Assembly: GCA_964016885.1 (NCBI GenBank)
Contig: OZ024742.1
Location: forward strand, 167,276,001 to 167,340,000
Direction of reading: 5' to 3'
Length of the DNA stretch: 64,000 nt
Origin: Eledone cirrhosa
Taxonomy: Eukaryota
The notes beneath the pieces are model-generated. The model did no database searches, was not told the DNA's origin, and saw nothing but the letters and a program-made list of their open reading frames with translations. A program made the translations under genes and the position numbers. Numbering within the stretch: position 1 is the first letter of the stretch; each line of letters begins with the position of its first letter. Below are positions 54,201-64,000 of the stretch, in pieces.

Positions 54201-57200
54201 TCCAAGGGGAGATAATTTCCAGCCAGCGAAGGGGAGATAATTGTTTTAAAAAAATCATTGGGAGATTTGTAAAAAAAATCAGGGGGAGATAGTTAATAAA
54301 AAAAAACAAGGGGAGATAATTCCAGCCGTCCAAGGGGAGGTAATATCTAGCCGTCCAAGGGGAGATAATTTCCAGCCGTCCAAGGGGAGATAATTTCCAG
54401 CCGTCCAAGGGTAGATAATATCCAGCCGTCCAAGGAGACATATTTTCCAGCCGTCCAAGGAGAGGTAATTTCTAGCCGTCCAAGGGGAGATAAATTCCAG
54501 CCTCCAAGGGGAGATAATTTCCAGCCAGCCAAGGGGAGATAATTTGTAAAAAAAATCAGGGGGAGATAATTTGTAAAAAAAGTCAGGGGTAGATAATTTG
54601 TAAAAAAAAATCAGGGGGAGATAATTTGTAAAAAAAAATCAGGGGGAGATAATTTGTAAAAAAAATCAAGGGGAGATAATTTCCAGCCGTCCAAGGAAAG
54701 ATAATTTTTAAAAAAAAATCAGGCGGAGATAATTTGTAAAAAAAAATCAGGGGGAGATAATTTGTAAAAAAAAATCAGGGGGAGATAATTTGTAAAAAAA
54801 ATCAAGGGGAGATAATTTCCAGCCGTCCAAGGGGAGATAATTTCCAGCCGTCCAAGGGGAGATAAATTATTTAAAAAAATCAGGCGGAGATAATTTGTAA
54901 AAAAAATCAGGGGGAGATAATTTGTAAAAAAAAATCAGGGGGAGATAATTTCCAGCCGTCCAAGGTAAGATAATTTCCAGCCCTCCAAGGGGCTATAATT
55001 TCCAGCATCCAAGGGGAGATAATTTCCAGCCGTCCAAGGGTAGATAATATCCAGCCGTCCAAGTAGACATATTTTCCAGCCGTCCAAGGAGAGGTAATTT
55101 CTAGCCTCCAAGGGGAGATAAATTCCAGCCTCCAAGGGGAGATAATTTCCAGCCAGCCAAGGGGAGATAATTTGTAAAAAAATCAGGGGGAGATAATTTG
55201 TAAAAAAAATCAGGGGGAGATAATTTGTAAAAAAAATCAGGGGGAGATAATTTGTAAAAAAAAATCAGGGGGAGATAATTTCCAGCCGTCCAAGGGGAGA
55301 TAATTTTCAGCCGTCCAAGGGTAGATAATATCCAGCCGTCCAAGTAGACATTTTCCAGCCGTCCAAGGAGAGGTAATTTCTAGCCGTCCAAGGGGAGATA
55401 AATTCCAGCCTCCAAGGGGAGATAATTTCCAGCCAGCCAAGGGGAGATAATTTGTAAAAAAATCAGGGGGAGATAATTTGTAAAAAAAATCAGGGGGAGA
55501 TAATTTGTAAAAAAAAATCAGGGGGAGATAATTTGTAAAAAAAAATCAGGGGGAGATAATTTGTAAAAAAAAATCAGGGGGAGATAATTTGTAAAAAAAA
55601 TCAAGGGGAGATAATTTCCAGCCGTCCAAGGGGAGATAATTTTCAGCCTTCCAAGGGGAGATAATTTCCAGCCGTCCAAGGGGAGATAATTTCCATCCTT
55701 CCAAGGGGAGATAATTTTCAGCCGTCCAAGGGGAGATAATTTCCCGCCAGCCAAGGGAAGATAATATTTTAAAAAATCAGGCGGAGATAATTTGTAAAAA
55801 AAATCAGGGGGAGATAATTTGTAAAAAAATCAGGGGGAGATAATTTGTAAAAAAAAAATCAGGGGGAGATAATTTGTAAAAAAAATCAGGGGGAGATAAT
55901 TTGTAAAAAAAAATCAGGGGTAGATAATTTGTAAAAAAAAATCAGGGGGAGATAATTTGTAAAAAAAAAATCAGGGGGAGATAATTTGTAAAAAAAATCA
56001 AGGGGAGATAATTTCCAGCCGTCCAAGGAGAGATAATTTTTAAAAAAAATCAGGCGGAGATAATTTGTAAAAAAAAATCAAGGGGAGATAATTTGTAAAA
56101 AAAAATCAGGGGGAGATAATTTGTAAAAAAAATCAAGGGGAGATAATTTCCAGCCGTCCAAGGGAAGATAATTTCAAGCACTCCAAGGGGCTATAATTTC
56201 CAGTGTCCAAGGGGAGATAATTTCCAGCCAGCGAAGGGGAGATAATTTTTTAAAAAAAATCAGGGGGAGATATGTAAAAAAAATCAGAGGGAGATAATTT
56301 CTAAAAAAAATCAAAGGGAGATAATTTCCAGCTGTCCAAAGAGAGATAATTTCTAGCCGTCCAAGGGGAGATAATTTCCAGCCAAGGGGAGATAATTTCC
56401 AGCCGTCCAAGGGGAGATAATTATTTAAAAAATCAGGTGGAGATAATTTGTAAAAAAAATCAGGGGGAGATAATTTGTAAAAACAAAATCAAGGGCAGAT
56501 AATTTCCAGCTGTCCAAGGGGAGATAATTTCCAGCCGTGCAAGGGGAGATAATTTCCAGCCGTCCAAGGGGAGATAATTTCCATCCTTCCAAGGGGAGAT
56601 AATCTCCAGCCGTCCAAGGGGAGATAATTTCCCGCCAGCCAAGGGAAGATAATTTTAAAAAAAATCAGGCGGAGATTGTAAAAAAAATCAGGGGGAGATA
56701 ATTTGTAAAAAAATCAGGGGGAGATAATTTGTAAAAAAAAAATCAGGGGGAGATAATTTGTAAAAAAAAAATCAGGGGGAGATAATTTGTAAAAAAAATC
56801 AGGGGTAGATAATTTGTAAAAAAAAATCAGGGGGAGATAATTTGTAAAAAAAAATCAGGGGGAGATAATTTGTAAAAAAATCAAGGGGAGATAATATGCA
56901 GCCGTCCAAGGGGAGATAATTTTCGGCCGTCCAAGGAGAGGTAATTTCTAGCCGTCCAAGGGGAGATAATTTCCAGCCGTCCAAGGGGAGATAATTTCCA
57001 GCCGTCCAAGGGGAGATAGTTTTTTTTAAAAAAATCAGGCGGAGATAATTTGTAAAAAAAAATCAGGGGGAGATAATTTGTAAAAAAAAATCAGGGGGAG
57101 ATAATTTGTAAAAAAAAATCAGGGGGAGATAATTTGTAAAAAAAATCAGGGGGAGATAATTAGTAAAAAAAATCAAGGGGAGATAATTTCCAGCCGTCCA

Positions 57201-59450
57201 AGGGGAGGTAATATCTAGCCGTCCAAGGGGAGATAATTTCCAGCCGTCCAAGGGGAGATAATTTCCAGCCGTCCAAGGGTAGATAATATCCAGCCGTCCA
57301 AGTAGACATATTTTCCAGCCGTCCAAGGAGAGGTAATTTCTAGCCGTCCAAGGGGAGATAAATTCCAGCCTCCAAGGGGAGATAATTTCCAGCCAGCCAA
57401 GGGGAGATAATTTGTAAAAAAATCAGGGGGAGATAATTTGTAAAAAAAATCAGGGGGAGATAATTTGTAAAAAAAAATCAGGGGGAGATAATTTGTAAAA
57501 AAAAATCAGGGGGAGATAATTTGTAAAAAAAATCAGGGTGAGATAATTTGTAAAAAAAAATCAGGGGGAGATAATTTGTAAAAAAAAATCAGGGGGAGAT
57601 AATTTGTAAAAAAAAATCAGGGGGAGATAATTTGTAAAAAAAATCAAGGGGAGATAATTTCCAGCCGTCCAAGGGGAGATAATTTCCAGCCGTCCAAGGG
57701 GAGGTAATATCTAGCCGTCCAAGGGGAGATAATTTCCAGCCGTCCAAGAGGAGATAATTTCCAGCCGTCCAAGGGTAGATAATATCCAGCCGTCCAAGGA
57801 GACATATTTTCCAGCCGTCCAAGGAGAGGTAATTTCTAGCCGTCCAAGGGGAGATAAATTCCAGCCTCCAAGGGGAGATAATTTCCAGCCAGCCAAGGGG
57901 AGATAATTTGTAAAAAAAATCAGGGGGAGATAATTTGTAAAAAAAATCAGGGGGAGATAATTTGTAAAAAAAAATCAGGGGGAGATAATTTGTAAAAAAA
58001 ATCAGGGGGAGATAATTTGTAAAAAAAAATCAAGGGGAGATAATTTCCAGCCGTCCAAGGGGAGATAATTTTCAGCCGCCCAAGGGGAGATAATTTCCCG
58101 CCAGCCAAGGGAAGATAATATTTAAAAAATCAGGCGGAGATAATTTGTAAAAAAAATCAGGGGGAGATAATTTGTAAAAAAAATCAGGGGGAGATAATTT
58201 GTAAAAAAAAAATCAGGGGGAGATAATTTGTAAAAAAAATCAGGGGGAGATGATTTGTAAAAAAAATCAGGGGTAGATAATTTGTAAAAAAAAATCAGGG
58301 GGAGATAATTTGTAAAAAAAAATCAGGGGGAGATAATTTGTAAAAAAAATCAAGAGGAGATAATTTCCAGCCGTCGAAGGGAAGATAATTTCCAGCCCTC
58401 CAAGGGGCTATAATTTCCAGCGTCCAAGGGGAGATAATTTCCAGCCAGCGAAGGGGAGATAATTTTTTTTTTAAAATCATTGGGAGATTTGTAAAAAAAA
58501 TCAGGGGGAGATAATTTGTAAAAAAAATCAAGGGGAGATAATTTCCAGCCGTCCAAGAGGAGGTAATATCTAGCCATCGAAGGGGAGATAATTTCCAGCC
58601 GTCCAAGGGGAGATAATTTCCAGCCGTCCAAGGGTAGATAATATCCAGCCGTCCAAGTAGACATTTTCCAGCCGTCCAAGGAGAGGTAATTTCTAGCCGT
58701 CCAAGGGGAGATAAATTCCAGCCTCCAAGGGGAGATAATTTCCAGCCAGCCAAGGGGAGATAATTTGTAAAAAAATCAGGGGGAGATAATTTGTAAAAAA
58801 AATCAGGGGGAGATAATTTGTAAAAAAAAATCAGGGGGAGATAATTTGTAAAAAAAAATCAGGGGGAGATAATTTGTAAAAAAAAATCAGGGGGAGATAA
58901 TTTGTAAAAAAAATCAAGGGGAGATAATTTCCAGCCGTCCAAGGGGAGATAATTTTCAGCCGTCCAAGGGGAGATAATTTCCAGCCGTCCAAGGGGAGAT
59001 AATTTCCATCCTTCCAAGGGGAGATAATTTGTAAAAAAAAATCAGGGGGAGATAATTTGTAAAAAAAATCAAGGGGAGATAATTTCCAGCCGTCCAAGGG
59101 GAGATAATTTTCAGCCGTCCAAGGGGAGATAATTTCCCGCCAGCCAAGGGAAGATAATATTTAAAAAAATCAGGCGGAGATAATTTGTAAAAAAAATCAG
59201 GGGGAGATAATTTGTAAAAAAATCAGGGGGAGATAATTTGTAAAAAAAAAATCAGGGGGAGATAATTTGTAAAAAAAATCAGGGCTAGATAATTTGTAAA
59301 AAAAAATCAGGGGTAGATAATTTGTAAAAGAAAATCAGGGGGAGATAATTTGTAAAAAAAAATCAGGGGGAGATAATTTGTAAAAAAAATCAAGGGGAGA
59401 TAATTTCCAGCCGTCCAAGGAGAGATAATTTAAAAAAAAAATCAGGCGGA
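45300..59450 (+). repeat. Duplicated block ~45300-47930 repeated at ~56800-59450 (offset 11526)
   Basis: ORF offsets of 11526 (46063/57589, 46824/58350, 47305/58831, 47430/58956); private markers CAGGGCTAG (47754/59280), AAAAGAAAATC and TCAAGAGGAG. Confidence 0.85.
48870..49643 (+). repeat. Tandem duplication, 387-bp period
   Basis: Private variants TAATTAGT, CCAGACGTCC and AAATTCAGG each occur twice, 387 bp apart; ORFs at 48932/49319. Confidence 0.88.
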
Positions 59451-62400
59451 TATAATTTGTAAAAAAAATCAAGGGGAGATAATTTGCAGCCGTCCAAGGG
59501 GAGATAATTTTCAATCGTCCAAGGAGAGGTAATTTTTAGCCGTCCAAGGGGAGATAATTTCCAGCCGTCCAAGGGGAGATAATTTCCAGCCGTCCAAGGG
59601 GAGATAATTTTTTTAAAAAATCAGGCGGAGATAATTTGTAAAAAAAATCAGGGGGAGATAATTTGTAAAAAAAAATCAGGGGGAGATAATTTGTAAAAAA
59701 AAATCCGGGGGAGATAATTTCCAGCCGTCCAAGGGAAGATAATTTCAAGCCCTCCAAGGGGCTATAATTTCCAGTGTCCAAGGGGAGATAATTTCCAGCC
59801 AGCGAAGGGGAGATAATTTTTTTTTAAAAATCAGGGAGATTTGTAAAAAAAATCAGGGGGAGATAATTTGTAAAAAAAATCAAAGGGAGATAATTTCCAG
59901 CCGTCCAAAGAGAGATAATTTCTAGCCGTCCAAGGCGAGATAATTTCGAGCAAGGGGAGATAATTTCCAGCCGTCCAAGGGGAGATATTTTTTTAAAAAA
60001 TCAGGTGGAGATAATTTGTAAAAAAAATCAGGTGGAGATAATTTGTAAAAACAAAATCAAGGGCAGATAATTTCCAGCTGTCCAAGGGGAGATAATTTCC
60101 AGCCGTGCAAGGGGAGATAATTTCCAGCCGTCCAAGGGGAGATAATTTCCATCCTTCCAGGGGGAGATAATTTCCAGCCGTCCAAGGGGAGATAATTTCC
60201 CGCCAGCCAAGGGAAGATAATTTTTTAAAAAATCAGGCGGAGATTGTAAAAAAAATCAGGGGGAGATAATTTGTAAAAAAATCAGGGGGAGATAATTTGT
60301 TAAAAAAATCAAGGGGAGATTATTTCCAGCCGTCTAAGGGGAGGTAATATCTAGCCGTCCAAGGGGAGATAATTTCCAGCCGTCCAAGGGGAGATAATTT
60401 CCAGCCGTCCAAGGGTAGATAATATCCAGCCGTCCAAGGAGACATATTTTCCAGCCGTCCAAGGAGAGATAATTTCTAGCCGTCCAAGGGGAGATAAATT
60501 CCAGCCTCCAAGGGGAGATAATTTCCAGCCAGCCAAGGGGAGATAATTTGTAAAAAAATCAGGGGGAGATAATTTGTAAAAAAAATCAGGGGGAGATAAT
60601 TTGTAAAAAAAAATCAGGGGGAGATAATTTGTAAAAAAAATCAGGGGGAGATAATTTGTAAAAAAAATCAAGGGGAGATAATTTCCAGCCGTCCAAGGGG
60701 AGATAATTTTCAGCCGTCCAAGGGGAGATAATTTCCCGCCAGCCAAGGGAAGATAATATTTAAAAAATCAGGCGGAGATAATTTGTAAAAAAAATCAGGG
60801 GGAGATAATTTGTAAAAAAATCAGGGGGAGATAATTTGTAAAAAAAAATCAGGGGGAGATAATTTGTAAAAAAAATCAGGGGTAGATAATTTGTAAAAAA
60901 AAATCAGGGGAAGATAATTTGTAAAAAAAATCAGGGGGAGATAATTTGTAAAAAAAATCAAGGGGAGATAATTTCCAGCCGTCCAAGGAGAGATAATTTT
61001 AAAAAAAAATCAGGGGGAGATAATTTGTAAAAAAAAATCAAGGGGAGATAATTTGTAAAAAAAAATCAGGGGGAGATAATTTGTAAAAAAAATCAAGGGG
61101 AGATAATTTCCAGCCGTCCAAGGGAAGATAATTTCCAGCACTCCAAGGGGCTATAATTTCCAGTGTCCAAGGGGAGATAATTTCCAGCCAGCGAAGGGGA
61201 GATAATTTTTTAAAAAAAATCAGGGGGAGATATGTAAAAAAAAATCAGAGGGAGATAATTTGTAAAAAAAATCAAAGGGAGATAATTTCCAGCCGTCCAA
61301 AGAGAGATAATTTCTAGTCGTCCAAGGGGAGATAATTTCCAGCCAAGGGGAGATAATTTCCAGCCGTCCAAGGGGAGATAATTTTTTAAAAAATCAGGTG
61401 GAGATAATTTGTAAAAAAAATCAGGGGGAGATAATTTGTAAAAACAAAATCAAGGGCAGATAATTTCCAGCTGTCCAAGGGGAAATAATTTCCAGCCGTG
61501 CAAGGGGAGATAATTTCTTGCCGTCCAAGGGGAGATAATTTCCATCCTTCCAAGGGGAGATAATTTCCAGCCGTCCAAGGGGAGATAATTTCCAGCCGTC
61601 CAAGGGGAGATAAATTATTTAAAAAAATCAGGCGGAGATAATTTGTAAAAAAAATCAGGGGGAGATAATTTGTAAAAAAAAATCAGGGGGAGATAATTTC
61701 CAGCCGTCCAAGGTAAGATAATTTCCAGCCCTCCAAGGGGCTATAATTTCCAGCATCCAAGGGGAGATAATTTCCAGCCGTCCAAGGGTAGATAATATCC
61801 AGCCGTCCAAGTAGACATATTTTCCAGCCGTCCAAGGAGAGGTAATTTCTAGCCGTCCAAGGGGAGATAAATTCCAGCCTCCAAGGGGAGATAATTTCCA
61901 GCCAGCCAAGGGGAGATAATTTGTAAAAAAATCAGGGGGAGATAATTTGTAAAAAAAATCAGGGGGAGATAATTTGTAAAAAAAATCAGGGGGAGATAAT
62001 TTGTAAAAAAAAATCAGGGGGAGATAATTTCCAGCCGTCCAAGGGGAGATAATTTTCAGCCGTCCAAGGGTAGATAATATCCAGCCGTCCAAGTAGACAT
62101 TTTCCAGCCGTCCAAGGAGAGGTAATTTCTAGCCGTCCAAGGGGAGATAAATTCCAGCCTCCAAGGGGAGATAATTTCCAGCCAGCCAAGGGGAGATAAT
62201 TTGTAAAAAAATCAGGGGGAGATAATTTGTAAAAAAAATCAGGGGGAGATAATTTGTAAAAAAAAATCAGGGGGAGATAATTTGTAAAAAAAAAATCAGG
62301 GGGAGATAATTTGTAAAAAAAAATCAGGGGGAGATAATTTGTAAAAAAAATCAAGGGGAGATAATTTCCAGCCGTCCAAGGGGAGATAATTTTCAGCCTT

Positions 62401-64000
62401 CCAAGGGGAGATAATTTCCAGCCGTCCAAGGGGAGATAATTTCCATCCTTCCAAGGGGAGATAATTTTCAGCCGTCCAAGGGGAGATAATTTCCCGCCAG
62501 CCAAGGGAAGATAATATTTTAAAAAATCAGGCGGAGATAATTTGTAAAAAAAATCAGGGGGAGATAATTTGTAAAAAAATCAGGGGGAGATAATTTGTAA
62601 AAAAAAAATCAGGGGGAGATAATTTGTAAAAAAAATCAGGGGGAGATAATTTGTAAAAAAAAATCAGGGGTAGATAATTTGTAAAAAAAAATCAGGGGGA
62701 GATAATTTGTAAAAAAAAAATCAGGGGGAGATAATTTGTAAAAAAAATCAAGGGGAGATAATTTCCAGCCGTCCAAGGAGAGATAATTTTTAAAAAAAAT
62801 CAGGCGGAGATAATTTGTAAAAAAAAATCAAGGGGAGATAATTTGTAAAAAAAAATCAGGGGGAGATAATTTGTAAAAAAAATCAAGGGGAGATAATTTC
62901 CAGCCGTCCAAGGGAAGATAATTTCAAGCACTCCAAGGGGCTATAATTTCCAGTGTCCAAGGGGAGATAATTTCCAGCCAGCGAAGGGGAGATAATTTTT
63001 TAAAAAAAATCAGGGGGAGATATGTAAAAAAAATCAGAGGGAGATAATTTCTAAAAAAAATCAAAGGGAGATAATTTCCAGCTGTCCAAAGAGAGATAAT
63101 TTCTAGCCGTCCAAGGGGAGATAATTTCCAGCCAAGGGGAGATAATTTCCAGCCGTCCAAGGGGAGATAATTATTTAAAAAATCAGGTGGAGATAATTTG
63201 TAAAAAAAATCAGGGGGAGATAATTTGTAAAAACAAAATCAAGGGCAGATAATTTCCAGCTGTCCAAGGGGAGATAATTTCCAGCCGTGCAAGGGGAGAT
63301 AATTTCCAGCCGTCCAAGGGGAGATAATTTCCATCCTTCCAAGGGGAGATAATCTCCAGCCGTCCAAGGGGAGATAATTTCCCGCCAGCCAAGGGAAGAT
63401 AATTTTAAAAAAAATCAGGCGGAGATTGTAAAAAAAATCAGGGGGAGATAATTTGTAAAAAAATCAGGGGGAGATAATTTGTAAAAAAAAAATCAGGGGG
63501 AGATAATTTGTAAAAAAAAAATCAGGGGGAGATAATTTGTAAAAAAAATCAGGGGTAGATAATTTGTAAAAAAAAATCAGGGGGAGATAATTTGTAAAAA
63601 AAAATCAGGGGGAGATAATTTGTAAAAAAATCAAGGGGAGATAATATGCAGCCGTCCAAGGGGAGATAATTTTCGGCCGTCCAAGGAGAGGTAATTTCTA
63701 GCCGTCCAAGGGGAGATAATTTCCAGCCGTCCAAGGGGAGATAATTTCCAGCCGTCCAAGGGGAGATAGTTTTTTTAAAAAAATCAGGCGGAGATAATTT
63801 GTAAAAAAAAATCAGGGGGAGATAATTTGTAAAAAAAAATCAGGGGGAGATAATTTGTAAAAAAAAATCAGGGGGAGATAATTTGTAAAAAAAATCAGGG
63901 GGAGATAATTAGTAAAAAAAATCAAGGGGAGATAATTTCCAGCCGTCCAAGGGGAGGTAATATCTAGCCGTCCAAGGGGAGATAATTTCCAGCCGTCCAA
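54830..64000 (+). repeat. Duplicated block ~54830-57250 repeated at ~61580-64000 (offset ~6750)
   Basis: ORF offsets of 6750 (56174/62924, 56460/63210, 56799/63549); private markers GATAAATTATTT, TTTCAGCCTTCC, TTCAAGCACTCC and TTTCGGCCG in both copies. Confidence 0.88.

Larger units (their letters stand above)
1..64000. repeat. Composite tandem satellite array of 25-bp (type A) and ~27-bp (type B) monomers sharing the core GGGGAGATAATTT; continues past both window edges
   Basis: The core or a 1-4 nt variant of it recurs every ~21-30 bp from base 1 to 64000, always in the same orientation, with no unique sequence seen. Confidence 0.99.

Noticed and set aside
324-64000. The many minus-strand ORFs of 60-224 aa as protein-coding genes
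   Set aside because: They are overlapping translations of the repeat in several frames, mostly with TTG starts. The 25-bp period and variable A-tracts constantly shift frame, and there is no unique domain.
1-64000. CRISPR array (constant repeat plus spacers)
   Set aside because: The core is only 13 bp, the 'spacers' are 12-16 bp and of just two recurrent types rather than unique, and there is no leader or cas gene.
1-64000. Telomerase-made telomeric tract (G-rich strand; 25-bp units occur in some yeasts)
   Set aside because: Two monomer types with inherited kb-scale variant patterns over more than 64 kb indicate recombinational amplification, not templated addition. A subtelomeric location is not excluded.
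1-64000. Transposon, inversion or unique island hidden in the array
   Set aside because: Reading through, I found no reverse-orientation core (AAATTATCTCCCC) on the plus strand and no non-repeat stretch. A very short insertion could have been missed by eye.
1-64000. Assignment to a named satellite family, organism or centromere function
   Set aside because: I do not recognise the monomers, and function cannot be established without database and chromatin data.

Overview
The whole 64 kb is one uninterrupted, head-to-tail satellite/minisatellite array of roughly 2,400-2,500 monomers (64,000 / ~26 bp). I see no genes, RNA genes, transposons, unique sequence or inversions. Every monomer carries the core GGGGAGATAATTT followed by one of two unrelated tails. 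Type A is GGGGAGATAATTT-CCAGCCGTCCAA (25 bp, GC-rich tail). Type B is (G)GGGGAGATAATTT-GT-A(7-10)-TCA (26-29 bp, mode 27). A and B occur in alternating short runs built from a small vocabulary of fixed variant cassettes, and these are shuffled and copied in nested kb-scale duplications (offsets about 0.39, 1.0, 1.4, 2.9, 3.8, 4.6, 6.7, 8.1, 11.5 and 12.9 kb). All listed ORFs are minus-strand read-throughs of the repeat and are not credible CDSs. The most unusual signals are: (i) the constant-core, two-tail architecture with rule-bound junctions; (ii) T(n)A(m) junction tracts whose boundary slides while n+m stays constant; (iii) A-tract length patterns inherited across more than 50 kb. It is probably eukaryotic heterochromatin, but I do not recognise the family or the organism.
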